This document shows, piece after piece, positions 54,999 through 64,000 of a stretch of 64,000 bases of DNA (position 1 is the first letter of the stretch; each line of letters begins with the position of its first letter). Below the pieces are notes generated by a model, which was not told the origin of the DNA, ran no database searches, and was given only the letters and a program-made list of their open reading frames with translations. The stretch spans positions 14,122-78,121 of the forward strand of contig JAYOHN010000001.1 in the NCBI GenBank assembly GCA_038118245.1, in the 5' to 3' direction. The position numbers and the translations under genes were made by a program. The stretch comes from Poseidonia sp. (GTDB taxonomy: Archaea; Thermoplasmatota; Poseidoniia; Poseidoniales; Poseidoniaceae).

Positions 54999-57128
54999 TC
55001 AAACCACTTGCAGGGTGTCGTAACCACCGGGCCGCATCATCCGGCCGTCGCGGCACAATTTGTCGATGATGTCCTCGGCTTTCGACCTCGGTATGTCCCT
55101 TCGCTCGGCCTCGTTGAGCACGGCCAGCAATTCAGCGTGAGTGCCGCTCTCGTTTTGAAGGGCCGAGACCGTGTCGAGGATGAATTTCTCTTGGTTTCGC
55201 ACAGCCCCTTTCTTGCCGGATTCAATCGTGGTCAAATCGAAGTTTTCGCCCATCAATTCATGACGCCAGGTCTCGGTCAAACGGATGGCCCGGTCGGCGT
55301 CGGCCACCGTAGCAATATCGGTCAAACGGATGCGAGCGCTTGCCTCGGCGAGCCGAGAAAGCGCTTCCAGCGACCGTGCCGTGATCGCCACGCTGTCGGG
55401 AGAATCACCGCCCTTCTTTCTCGTCGAGACATAATAGGCGACGATTTTTTCGCGGGCTTCATCGTTGAGTTTCGGATGGAAATTTCGCTTCGAGAACGCG
55501 ACGTACTTGCGCAGAACGTCCCTGGAAAGGTGGGTGACTTTTCCGTCCTTGTTGGTGGTGGATTTCTTTGCCGCAGAAGCCCGTGAAGGGTCCGGAATGG
55601 TGCCTTCGCTGACCAGCAATTCGCTGCTTCCTTCCACTCTCGTGTTGATGATGTGCTGGGCGATTTTTTCATCGCTCGTTTCGTTGGGCGTGTCCGTGAG
55701 GAGCCAAATGATGTCAAAACGTGAAATCAACGGCGGGGCGAGGTTGATTTGGCCCGTGAACGGGACATCGCTGACCGGCTGGAACCGGCCGCTGGTGGGG
55801 TTGGCGGCTGCGAGGACGGCGCAGCGGGTTCGCAAACTGGCGTTGATGCCCGCCTTTGAGATGGAGATGGTTTGCTGTTCCATCGCTTCGTGCATGCTGG
55901 AACGGTCAGCGTTGTTCATTTTGTCAAACTCGTCAATGGCTGCAAGACCGAGGTCTGCGAGGACCAACGCGCCCGCTTCAAGCGTCCAACGGCCGTCGGC
56001 GGCGGCGTCTTGAACGGCGGCGGCGGTGAGCCCTGCGGCAGAGGCGGATTTTCCCGATGCAAACCGGCCGCGAGGAGAAATCGTTGACATGTAGTGCAAC
56101 AACTGGGATTTCGCCACACCGGGGTCCCCCATGAGCAAGATGTGGATGTCGCCTCGATTGCGCGTGCCGTCTTCGTTGACTTGGGCTTCACCCCCGAAGA
56201 GTTGCAGCATCAAGGATTCCTTGACGCGTTCCATCCCAAAGATGGAGGGGGCGATGCTCCGAATGAGAACGTCGTACACCTGCGGGTCGCGAGCAATGGT
56301 TTTGATCTCGGTCTCCTCTTCCTCCGTGATGACAATTTCCTCGAGCGGTATGTTCTGCCGTTCAAGCGAATGAATCCGAAGGAAGATGTCGAACACCGGC
56401 GTGTCTTTCCCCGCCTTACGTTGGGAGCGAATGAACAGGACACCGTTTGCCTTCACGCGGTCTCCGGGATTCAGGCGACCCGCCAAATCCTGTTCAGCAA
56501 TGCAGACAATGCGTTCCGGCTGGATTCCTCCCTTCATCTGCTCGGGGAGTTCTTGCAGTTCAATGAACTGAGAGTTGATGAGGTGCGAGGACTGTTGTTG
56601 GAGGAGAAAACGCGTTTGCCTTTTCGGGCGACCGCATCCGCCCTCGATTTGGGAACACTCAAGGGGTTCAATGAGTTCTTGCTCGTTGGGTTGTTTGATT
56701 TCCATGACGTGCCCGCAGGCCACGCACTCAAACACCGCCGTGTAAAGGCGGGGACGAACGCCTGAGATTTTCGTGGTCACGGCATCGATGGCGATGAGAC
56801 GGTCGATGTCACCGGCCCGAAGTTGGGAGACGGTGCGCACCTGGTCAGGGGGCAGATGGACGATGCGCACGAACGGAAGGATGCTCCCTGCGCCGATGTC
56901 GAGCATGAATTGTTGAAGGGCATCGTTGGCTGCATCAAAGTGCAACTCCGGTTTGGCGAGGATGTCCTGAGCGAATTCGTGGTCGTACCCTTCCACCTCC
57001 CGGTACGAGACGTCCAAGGATTCGGTATCGGGCCACAACTTTGACAGGTTGTGAATGGCTTCGGAATATTTGTCCTGCAGCAGCGAGGTCCACCTGGCTG
57101 GTAGGTCAAATTCCTGAATCGCTGCCAT
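54999..57128 (-). CDS. mcm: Replicative helicase MCM
   Basis: Zn finger CVAC...CSQIEGGC, Walker A GDPGVAKSQ, Walker B IDEFDKM, HEAMEQQTISISKAG, SRFD arginine finger, ITARSLEAL, C-terminal winged helix. Confidence 0.97.
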   Translation of the reverse strand: MAAIQEFDLPARWTSLLQDKYSEAIHNLSKLWPDTESLDVSYREVEGYDHEFAQDILAKPELHFDAANDALQQFMLDIGAGSILPFVRIVHLPPDQVRTVSQLRAGDIDRLIAIDAVTTKISGVRPRLYTAVFECVACGHVMEIKQPNEQELIEPLECSQIEGGCGRPKRQTRFLLQQQSSHLINSQFIELQELPEQMKGGIQPERIVCIAEQDLAGRLNPGDRVKANGVLFIRSQRKAGKDTPVFDIFLRIHSLERQNIPLEEIVITEEEETEIKTIARDPQVYDVLIRSIAPSIFGMERVKESLMLQLFGGEAQVNEDGTRNRGDIHILLMGDPGVAKSQLLHYMSTISPRGRFASGKSASAAGLTAAAVQDAAADGRWTLEAGALVLADLGLAAIDEFDKMNNADRSSMHEAMEQQTISISKAGINASLRTRCAVLAAANPTSGRFQPVSDVPFTGQINLAPPLISRFDIIWLLTDTPNETSDEKIAQHIINTRVEGSSELLVSEGTIPDPSRASAAKKSTTNKDGKVTHLSRDVLRKYVAFSKRNFHPKLNDEAREKIVAYYVSTRKKGGDSPDSVAITARSLEALSRLAEASARIRLTDIATVADADRAIRLTETWRHELMGENFDLTTIESGKKGAVRNQEKFILDTVSALQNESGTHAELLAVLNEAERRDIPRSKAEDIIDKLCRDGRMMRPGGYDTLQVV

Positions 57129-57195
57129 CGTGAGAACCGCCGGGCGTTGAACAACATTGGCGACGCCATTTAATGCTTCTTCACCCCGAAGAGCA

Positions 57196-57217
57196 CCCCC
57201 TGATTTCCACTGGAAAA
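57196..57217 (-). promoter_or_regulatory. ORB (Orc1/Cdc6-binding box)-like element
   Basis: Minus strand TTTTCCAGTGGAAATCAGGGGG matches the TTCCAGTGGAAA core plus G-string of archaeal ORBs. Confidence 0.65.
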
Positions 57218-57314
57218 TCACGGAGCCTCAGGCCTCGTTTGTGTTCCATAAAGCGTGACGAGTGGAAGCCAGCCAGACGAAAGGTTCCATGTAGTCTTGG
57301 CCCAACCTCACAGC

Positions 57315-57929
57315 ATGCGAGTGACCTTTGCCCACGGCCTTTGGAGCGGACCGGAAAGCAGCAAAGCGGCTTGGATGCGAAGCCAAGGATGGGAAGTGGT
57401 CGCCATCGATATGCGAATGTACGGCTGGGACCAAGCAAGCCAAACCAAAGCGGTGTTGGAGACCATTGACGAACACGGCCCGTTTGACCTCCTGATCGGC
57501 TCTTCCTTCGGCGGCTTGGCCACAGCAAACGCTGCAGCCCAACGCCCCGACCTCGACCTTCGATTGTTGCTTCTCGCACCAGCGTTTGGCTATCCCGAAC
57601 TCGTGGCGTCGACGCTGGGTGATGAAGCGATGAAGACGTGGGAATCCAGCGGGTCACACGCCTTTCATCCCCCGGGTTGGGAGGAGCCGGTGGTTCTACC
57701 GTGGTCCTTTGTTGAAGCCGCTCGCCCGCTGGCCTGGCCCGCATTGCCGCACCCGACGGTCATTTTGCACGGCACCGAAGACGACGTTGTCCCCGTTGAG
57801 AACAGCCGCCGTGCTGCGTTGGAGAACCCGCACGTCATTGTCCAAGAAGTGGCGGATAACCACCGCCTCCATGCCAGCCTCCCTCACCTTTTGCCGCTTT
57901 CAGACCGGCTGAAGAACGCTTCATCGTAA
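57315..57929 (+). CDS. Alpha/beta hydrolase, YqiA/YcfP-like esterase
   Basis: FAHGLWSGPESSKA, IGSSFGG, LLAPA, ILHGTEDDVVP, DNHRL. Confidence 0.88.
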   Translation: MRVTFAHGLWSGPESSKAAWMRSQGWEVVAIDMRMYGWDQASQTKAVLETIDEHGPFDLLIGSSFGGLATANAAAQRPDLDLRLLLLAPAFGYPELVASTLGDEAMKTWESSGSHAFHPPGWEEPVVLPWSFVEAARPLAWPALPHPTVILHGTEDDVVPVENSRRAALENPHVIVQEVADNHRLHASLPHLLPLSDRLKNASS

Positions 57930-57968
57930 AGCGGTTCCTTCATGAAACGGGTCGCCGTGGACGGGCTC

Positions 57969-59081
57969 ATGAGCGAGCCCATGGATTACGCCAGTGCGGG
58001 GGTTGACATCGACTTGGAAGGCTCTGCAGTCGCCTCGCTCATCGGTGCCTTGTCCTCCAGCGTTCGCCCACCCGGTACACCGGGCGCCCCCGTTGATCTT
58101 CCGGGAGGTTTTGGCGGCCTCATCGAGTTCGGGGACAACCTGCTCGCCCTCGCCACCGATGGCGTTGGAAGCAAACTCCAGATCGCCACCTCGCTCAAGC
58201 AGTGGGGCGGCGTGGGCGTGGACTGCATGGCGATGAACGTCAACGATTTGCTGTGCGTCGGAGCCGAACCCATCGCTTTTGTTGATTACGTTGCGGTTCC
58301 AAAACCCGACCCGGCCGTGCACGCTGCGCTTGGCGCCTCCCTTGCCGAAGCTTGTCGTCAGGCGCGCGTCACCCTTGCAGGCGGCGAAACGGCTTCCCTC
58401 CCCGGCATCGTGACGGAGTTGGACTTGTCGGGGACCGCCCTTGGCTGGCTGCCCAAAGGCGAAGCCATCACAGGAGAGCACTTGCAAGACGGTGACGTGC
58501 TCATTGGCCTGCCCTCATCGGGCATCCACTCCAACGGGTATTCGCTGGTTCGCCGAATCGTGGAACATGCCGGCAGCGATTACACAAAACCGGCGCCGTT
58601 TGACGTTCACCACCCCAACCGTGAAGTGGTCCGGTGGCAGGACGGTGAACCAACGTTGGGTGAAGTGGTTCTCAACCCGACGAGGATCTATTGCGACCCG
58701 GTGGTGGATTTGCTTCAAGCGGCTCGCGGAGATGCGCCGTTCAGTATTGGTGCTATCCACGGCATCTGCCACATCACGGGTGGCGGCCTGTCCAACCTTC
58801 TCCGACTTCACCCGTCCCTCGGATGGAACATTCACACGCCGCTGCCGGTGTTGCCCGAATTTAATTGGCTGCAGGAAACAGGAGGCGTGGAGGTTCGTGA
58901 AATGTACCGAACCTTCAACATGGGCATGGGCATGGTTATCGCGGTGGCTGCGCCTGAGGCAGAAAGCGTCCTTGAATGGCTTCAGGGCCGCATGACAGGT
59001 GTGGCTGTTGTCGGCCATGTGACCAACGAAGGTCATGCCGTCAAACACGCCATCGATGGTGTGGAATTCACGCACTACTGA
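57969..59081 (+). CDS. purM: Phosphoribosylformylglycinamidine cyclo-ligase (AIR synthase)
   Basis: DYASAGVDI, GGFGG, TDGVGSK, AMNVNDL, GGETA, SSGIHSNGYSL, HITGGG, TFNMGMGM. Confidence 0.97.
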   Translation: MSEPMDYASAGVDIDLEGSAVASLIGALSSSVRPPGTPGAPVDLPGGFGGLIEFGDNLLALATDGVGSKLQIATSLKQWGGVGVDCMAMNVNDLLCVGAEPIAFVDYVAVPKPDPAVHAALGASLAEACRQARVTLAGGETASLPGIVTELDLSGTALGWLPKGEAITGEHLQDGDVLIGLPSSGIHSNGYSLVRRIVEHAGSDYTKPAPFDVHHPNREVVRWQDGEPTLGEVVLNPTRIYCDPVVDLLQAARGDAPFSIGAIHGICHITGGGLSNLLRLHPSLGWNIHTPLPVLPEFNWLQETGGVEVREMYRTFNMGMGMVIAVAAPEAESVLEWLQGRMTGVAVVGHVTNEGHAVKHAIDGVEFTHY

Positions 59082-59129
59082 ACCCCGGACCATCGGTGCG
59101 GTCATGAGGGAGCGGCCCGTCGTCGTTGC

Positions 59130-60476
59130 GTGGACGAAGGTCAGCCAACCGATTCGGCCCCCGGACACTTGTGGCTGGAGGGCAAGACGTTGGTCCATTT
59201 GCGCCACGACCAAGGACGGCCCACGCACATGCCTCGTGGACCAGCGAAACGCACCGGTCCCGGCTTTCTGAACCCGGCGATGGCACCCGCTCGAACGCGT
59301 TCGGTCCTCTTGATGGCGGACGCATTGGAGAACGATTGGCTCGTGAAACCCGACCAAGCGCTCCGCGCCCTGGACGCCTTGTGCGCCACCGGCGTACGCG
59401 TTCGGCGATGGAGAAACGAAATCCCCGAGAGGCACCAGCACCGCTTGCGCATCACGGCAAACGACCTCGACCGCTTCGCCCTGGATTGGTTGGAGCGTTC
59501 ACACGAAGCCTTTCCTCCCTCGGTCACAGTGGACCATGACCCGGAAGACGACCGGTACGAGCGGCCAGCGACGGGCAAAATGAACAACGGGATCTTCACG
59601 ATGCAAAACGATGCGAGGATGTCGCTCCTTGAAGCAGGGTACCAATGGGTGGATTTGGACCCCTTCGGCTCACCTGTCAATTTCCTTGACGCCGCTGTTC
59701 AGGGTCTCGCCCGGATTGGCTTTTTGGAAGTCACCGCCACCGACACAGCAGCGCTCACCGGCTCGAGCCAAGGCTCACAATTCCGTCGTTACGGGGCCAG
59801 GGGCATCGTCGACAGTTACGCTCACGACGACGCCGTTCGCGTCCTTCTCGGCCTCGTGGCGACGACCGCTGCACGCCACGACCGGACCGTGGAGCCGGTG
59901 CTCGCCCTGTTTGACGGCCACCACGTTCGCATCAGCGTGAAGGTTCGCCGTTCGCGTGAAGAGGCTTCGAAGGTGTTGGATTCCATGGGTTGGCGCGTCC
60001 GTAACAACGACGGAACCTACCGCTTTGTTCGCCACCCTACGCCCGAGGAGGTGGAGCGCGGGAGCGGCCCGTTGTGGATCGGCCCTCTCTGGGACGCACA
60101 CATTGCCGGCCGCATGACCGAAGCGCGTGTGCTCGAGGTGTGCAGCCCAAACGAGGAGGGTGTGAGCGCCTGTAGAGCCCAGGGGTTGGTGTGGGGCGCC
60201 GATGACCGCAAATACGCAGAGCGGGAATTGAGCCGAAGCGTACGGTACATCTCGCAGGCAGCGGACCTGATGAGTCGGGACCACACCCTGTACCACATGG
60301 ATGACCTGCCCAAGATGGCAGGAACCGGACAAGCACCAAAGATGGACCTCCTGTTTGAGGCGGTCAACCAAGCGGGGTTCAACGCTGCTCGCGTCCCGGA
60401 CATCGACCCCTTTTTTGTCACCGATGCCCCTCACGAAGTGGTGATGGATTGCGTTCGGGAACACACTCAATCTTGA
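59130..60476 (+). CDS. trm1: tRNA (guanine26-N2)-dimethyltransferase
   Basis: GFLNPAM..RT.SV, LDALCATGVRVRRW, ITANDL, VDLDPFGSP..FLD, VTATDTAAL, GPLWIGPL. Confidence 0.88.
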   Translation: MDEGQPTDSAPGHLWLEGKTLVHLRHDQGRPTHMPRGPAKRTGPGFLNPAMAPARTRSVLLMADALENDWLVKPDQALRALDALCATGVRVRRWRNEIPERHQHRLRITANDLDRFALDWLERSHEAFPPSVTVDHDPEDDRYERPATGKMNNGIFTMQNDARMSLLEAGYQWVDLDPFGSPVNFLDAAVQGLARIGFLEVTATDTAALTGSSQGSQFRRYGARGIVDSYAHDDAVRVLLGLVATTAARHDRTVEPVLALFDGHHVRISVKVRRSREEASKVLDSMGWRVRNNDGTYRFVRHPTPEEVERGSGPLWIGPLWDAHIAGRMTEARVLEVCSPNEEGVSACRAQGLVWGADDRKYAERELSRSVRYISQAADLMSRDHTLYHMDDLPKMAGTGQAPKMDLLFEAVNQAGFNAARVPDIDPFFVTDAPHEVVMDCVREHTQS

Positions 60477-61399
60477 CCGAGAAACTCAGCCACATCAAAA
60501 GAAAAGCCAACCTCGTTTTCCGACCATGCCCATAGGCGCCTTGCTTGCTCCTCGTTTCTCGCCGTTCGACTCATGTTTGCTTTTCCGGCCCAGCCCCACG
60601 CCTCAAGCGGTCCAACAGGGCCCCAGTAAGGGTGGGCCAAAGCACCGGCTTCGGTTGCAGCATAGAGGGTCGGTGCTGCACCCCGTGATGGCGAGAGCGC
60701 GATGTTGTTGAGGAAACGCCACATCAGCGAATGCCGTTGAAGCGAAGTGTTGGCATAGCCGGGGTGGCTGCAAAGGGAAGTGATGTGCGAACCGGCTGAT
60801 TTCAATCGACGGTCCAATTCAAGAGCAAACATGAGGTTCGCCAATTTGCTTCGACCGTATTGACCCCACTTATCGTAACGTTTCCCTTCGCCGTACATGT
60901 TGTCAAAGTTGAGACGTCCCATGGTGTGGGCGATGCTTGAAACCGTCACGACGCGGGGTTCTGCCGCTTTTTCCAAATGAGGAAGAAGATGGGCGGTCAA
61001 GGCAAAATGGCCTAGATGGTTGGTCCCGACTTGCAACTCAAATCCGTCGGCCGTGGTGCTTCTGGGAGGAATCATGACGCCTGCGTTGTTGATGAGAAGG
61101 TCAAGGTGCGGGGCGCTGTTCTTGAACTCGTTCGCTGCGTTTTGCACGGAACCCAAATCGGCGAGGTTGAGCTCCAGCGTGCGGACGACAGCGTCGGCGT
61201 GTTGAGAACGGATTTGAGTGGCGGCCGCCTCGGCTTTGGACGCATTCCGGCAAGCAAGAACAACCTCTGCCCCTTTCGCAGCAAACTCCCTCGCCATCTC
61301 AAAACCGATACCGGAGTTGGAACCGGTAATGAGGACGATTTTTCCGTTTTGAGGCTTGGTGTCGGAAAGACGCCATTTGATGCCGATTTTTTTGCCCAT
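60467..61399 (-). CDS. Short-chain dehydrogenase/reductase (retinol dehydrogenase-like)
   Basis: ITGSNSGIG, NNAGVM, GTNHLGHF, VSS, YGRSK, HPG. Confidence 0.93.
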   Translation of the reverse strand: MGKKIGIKWRLSDTKPQNGKIVLITGSNSGIGFEMAREFAAKGAEVVLACRNASKAEAAATQIRSQHADAVVRTLELNLADLGSVQNAANEFKNSAPHLDLLINNAGVMIPPRSTTADGFELQVGTNHLGHFALTAHLLPHLEKAAEPRVVTVSSIAHTMGRLNFDNMYGEGKRYDKWGQYGRSKLANLMFALELDRRLKSAGSHITSLCSHPGYANTSLQRHSLMWRFLNNIALSPSRGAAPTLYAATEAGALAHPYWGPVGPLEAWGWAGKANMSRTARNEEQARRLWAWSENEVGFSFDVAEFLGQD

Positions 61400-61437
61400 G
61401 GTGAACCACCTTTCGCGCTCCTCTTTGAAACCGAGGT

Positions 61438-62196
61438 TCAGCCAAAAGATGGATCGATGTCCGTCACGGAGGCGTCCTCTGGGGCGGGCAACATCTGAGA
61501 GGCGCTCTCGATGATGTCGCGGACCGAGTCTTCAATGGACCGCGCATTTTCAAGCAACTCCGTCAAGGGGATGTCAAGGCCGGTCAAGTCGCTCACGGCT
61601 TCCACAGCAAGGGCTGCGGCCCGAGCATCGGGGTACATCGGACTGGCCTCGGAGAGCAACGCCGTGATGTCGATTCCAAGCCGGTCGCCCTCGCCGAGCA
61701 GAAAACCCGTGATGCCAGCCACGATGCCCTGTTGAATGGGTTCGATGTCCAGGTCTTTGAGCCGTTGACGAGCCGCAGGAACCGAGCCCACCCCGAACAA
61801 TTCACCGTTGCTCAGTTCTTTCTCGGGGCGCGTCAAGCCGTCGATGATGATCAAACGGTCAAAGCCACCCTTGGTGAACCATTCCAGAACGGTGGTGGCG
61901 AAGGGAATGTCGGTTTCGTTTCCGAATTGAATTTCGGACGTGAACACGCCGATGCCCTCGCCCTGATAGACGCGAACAGGGTGTTTGGGAACCTCGTTAT
62001 GAATGAGGGCCACGGCTGGGAAATCTTTGTGCATCACCGTTCCAAGTTGATTGAGGCCCAGCGTTTTGATGATGTGGGAGGTGGCGATGACACCCACCAT
62101 TCCAGCCGTGGTGAATCCGCAAATGGCCACCCCGCCGGTTCGGGGGTCGGCGTCTTGGTGGAGGACCAAAGCGTAGGCTTGCAGGTTTGCATCCAT
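61438..62196 (-). CDS. Proteasome assembly chaperone PAC2 family
   Basis: GFTTAGMVGVIA, FPAVALI, HPVRVY, IIDGL, GIVAGITGFLL, YPDARAAA. GGAGG RBS before ATG 62196. Confidence 0.88.
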   Translation of the reverse strand: MDANLQAYALVLHQDADPRTGGVAICGFTTAGMVGVIATSHIIKTLGLNQLGTVMHKDFPAVALIHNEVPKHPVRVYQGEGIGVFTSEIQFGNETDIPFATTVLEWFTKGGFDRLIIIDGLTRPEKELSNGELFGVGSVPAARQRLKDLDIEPIQQGIVAGITGFLLGEGDRLGIDITALLSEASPMYPDARAAALAVEAVSDLTGLDIPLTELLENARSIEDSVRDIIESASQMLPAPEDASVTDIDPSFG

Positions 62197-62252
62197 TTCA
62201 ATCCCTCCAGTCAACGGCCAACCGCTCACCCGTGAAAAGGCTCACGGCGTGT

Positions 62253-64000
62253 TCAATCTTCCCAAGCGACCCAATCGTCCCAGCCTTCTTCGCGATACCA
62301 CCAAACACCGACCTCGTCTTCGTACCATTCGGTCCCGTTCTCGTCCACGGTGATGCCGTCGTCGCTTTCATCCTCAGCCCCGTCATCGTGGTGCTCGTCG
62401 TTTGAATCAAGGGCGTCTTCAGCCGTTGCACCGAATTCAAACGCATCTGCGCTGCTGCCCAGCGTTGGTGAGCTTGCCAGCCCCTCTGGAGCGGCTTCGT
62501 GCAATTCTTTTCCTTCCTTCTTCAGCTCATCGAGGGATTTTGACGAAGCGAGGTCAACGTTGGCTTGGACTTCGGCCGATTCGAGTGGTTCGTCATTTTC
62601 GACCATGCCGTAGTAGTCTTCCTCGTCCTCTTCCTCAAAGAGGTCTTCTCGGTTGTTGCGCATGTAAAGCACACCGCCCACGACGGCCAAAACAGCGATG
62701 AGAACACCCAACCCAACCACCACCGGCGTCATGGCGCTTGAGGTGTCGTCCTGTTGGGTGTTCGTTGTCGGGTCGTCCACGACAGGCATTTCACCGAGGG
62801 TCCAAACGAGTTCCCCTTCGTAGCTTGCAGCGTCTTGGGTCATCCCTGTGCATGCGTTGTTGCTGGCTGTGTCGCAGGTGAGCGTGATCGTGTACGTCTT
62901 GCCCTGCTCGCCCGGGTACATGCTCTCGGTTGGGCCGTTTCGCACGAGCGAGAAAATGAGGTCGGTCGTCCCGTTGGCTTCAACCTTGACGGCCGGGTTG
63001 GTACCGTCGTAGGTCACGTCGATGGACGGGGGGGTGGTTGGGAGGATGTTCCAATTGAAGCCCACCACGACGGTGAAGGGATTGGGGTTCCTCACCGAGC
63101 ACGTGATGGTCACATCGGTGGCGTTTTCTTCCCATCCGTACGTCGCGGTGCCGCAGTCGACCAAGGCCGGCAAGGTGATGTCCGGGAAGGTCGGTTCTTC
63201 GGACGTGTTGGTTTCGTTGGTCGTGTTGGTGCTGTTCCCTTCAACGACCGGTGCAGCCTCGAAAGCAAACGAAACCTGCATCCCTTCTACGTGGTAATCG
63301 GGCGATTCGCTGTCAAGGTACAAGGTCAGGGTGCCGTCGTGAGCGCCCAAGCCTGAGATGGCCATTTCGTTGCCTCGGACTTCGGCTGTCCCGGAACTTG
63401 CCGTCCGCCCGTCGTCGGTCAACGCCTCCCAGTAGGCTTGGACGTTGGCGAGGGCCGTCTCTTGCGTGATGTCCGGGGTCGTCACCGAGAGGACCGTTGA
63501 GAACCCGTCATCGTCGTCGAGTTCAATGGTGCTTGGGCCGGTGATGCCGAGCGGAACGGTTCCGTAGGCTGGGGTGGTGTTGGAGCTTGCCGCCAGAGGT
63601 TGTTGTGAGGGGTCTTGGTCGTATCCTGCGAAAGCCACCTTCAACTCCATCTCGCCGATGGCGGAAAGAGGACCCAAATCCGAAAGGGTCGCGACCTCAA
63701 GGCTTGCGTGGCCGGTGGCGTTGGTTTCAACGGAAACGTTGAGTTGTTGCGAAGCGCCTACGATGTGAAGAACGAGGGTTTGGTTTGCAAGGCCTTGGCC
63801 GTCATGATGCAGGAAAGCGCTCATGCTGAGGCTTTCGCTTCGGGCCAAAAGAAGCCGGTCAACGCTGGCTTCCTCGGCAAACGAGGTGAACGCCACCTCA
63901 ACACCCGTTTCCAGCGCCGTGTTGTTGCGGGTGAACACCGGACCTAGCGCCGTGACGTTGGACGAGGCGTTGCCGTACCGGTCAAAGCCAACGACGGCCA
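62253..64000 (-). CDS. 5'-truncated large membrane-anchored surface protein with acidic Trp-rich tail
   Basis: Frame is open to the window edge (AVVGFDRYGN..., FN3-like). TM VVVGLGVLIAVLAVVGGVLYM. Tail ends WYEDEVGVWWYREEGWDDWVAWED. Confidence 0.8.
   Translation of the reverse strand, partial: AVVGFDRYGNASSNVTALGPVFTRNNTALETGVEVAFTSFAEEASVDRLLLARSESLSMSAFLHHDGQGLANQTLVLHIVGASQQLNVSVETNATGHASLEVATLSDLGPLSAIGEMELKVAFAGYDQDPSQQPLAASSNTTPAYGTVPLGITGPSTIELDDDDGFSTVLSVTTPDITQETALANVQAYWEALTDDGRTASSGTAEVRGNEMAISGLGAHDGTLTLYLDSESPDYHVEGMQVSFAFEAAPVVEGNSTNTTNETNTSEEPTFPDITLPALVDCGTATYGWEENATDVTITCSVRNPNPFTVVVGFNWNILPTTPPSIDVTYDGTNPAVKVEANGTTDLIFSLVRNGPTESMYPGEQGKTYTITLTCDTASNNACTGMTQDAASYEGELVWTLGEMPVVDDPTTNTQQDDTSSAMTPVVVGLGVLIAVLAVVGGVLYMRNNREDLFEEEDEEDYYGMVENDEPLESAEVQANVDLASSKSLDELKKEGKELHEAAPEGLASSPTLGSSADAFEFGATAEDALDSNDEHHDDGAEDESDDGITVDENGTEWYEDEVGVWWYREEGWDDWVAWED

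Noticed and set aside
54999..57128. Intein in MCM
   Set aside because: The length (~709 aa) is normal, the Walker motifs are uninterrupted, and there are no intein terminal signatures.

Overview
Gene-dense, GC-rich archaeal chromosomal segment. It carries MCM, GatE, Trm1, RaSEA, a PAC2 chaperone, Pth2 and a TFB-like gene alongside many bacterial-type genes. This mix, plus giant membrane-anchored proteins with acidic tails, suggests Marine Group II/Poseidoniales; the taxonomy is an inference. About 47 CDS were called. No tRNA, rRNA, CRISPR array or mobile element was recognised. Most notable: (1) a 661-aa membrane protein that follows the cbb3-oxidase subunit I (CcoN) sequence pattern but has lost the heme/Cu histidine ligands and carries two C-terminal EF-hands, co-transcribed with a small membrane protein; (2) an AddAB/AdnAB-like helicase-nuclease pair with 4-Cys Fe-S staples on both subunits, divergent from a highly derived TFB lacking the B-reader, with a TATA box and nested inverted repeats between them; (3) a beta-propeller/DUF4430 protein next to a CbrT-like ECF S-component (probable B12 uptake); (4) a single near-consensus ORB element upstream of mcm; (5) a 2,770-aa propeller/FN3-like surface protein, tandem pth2 paralogues, a pabC plus fused pabBA cluster and a PTGES2-like GST. 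All family assignments come from motif recognition by eye; no database searches were run.
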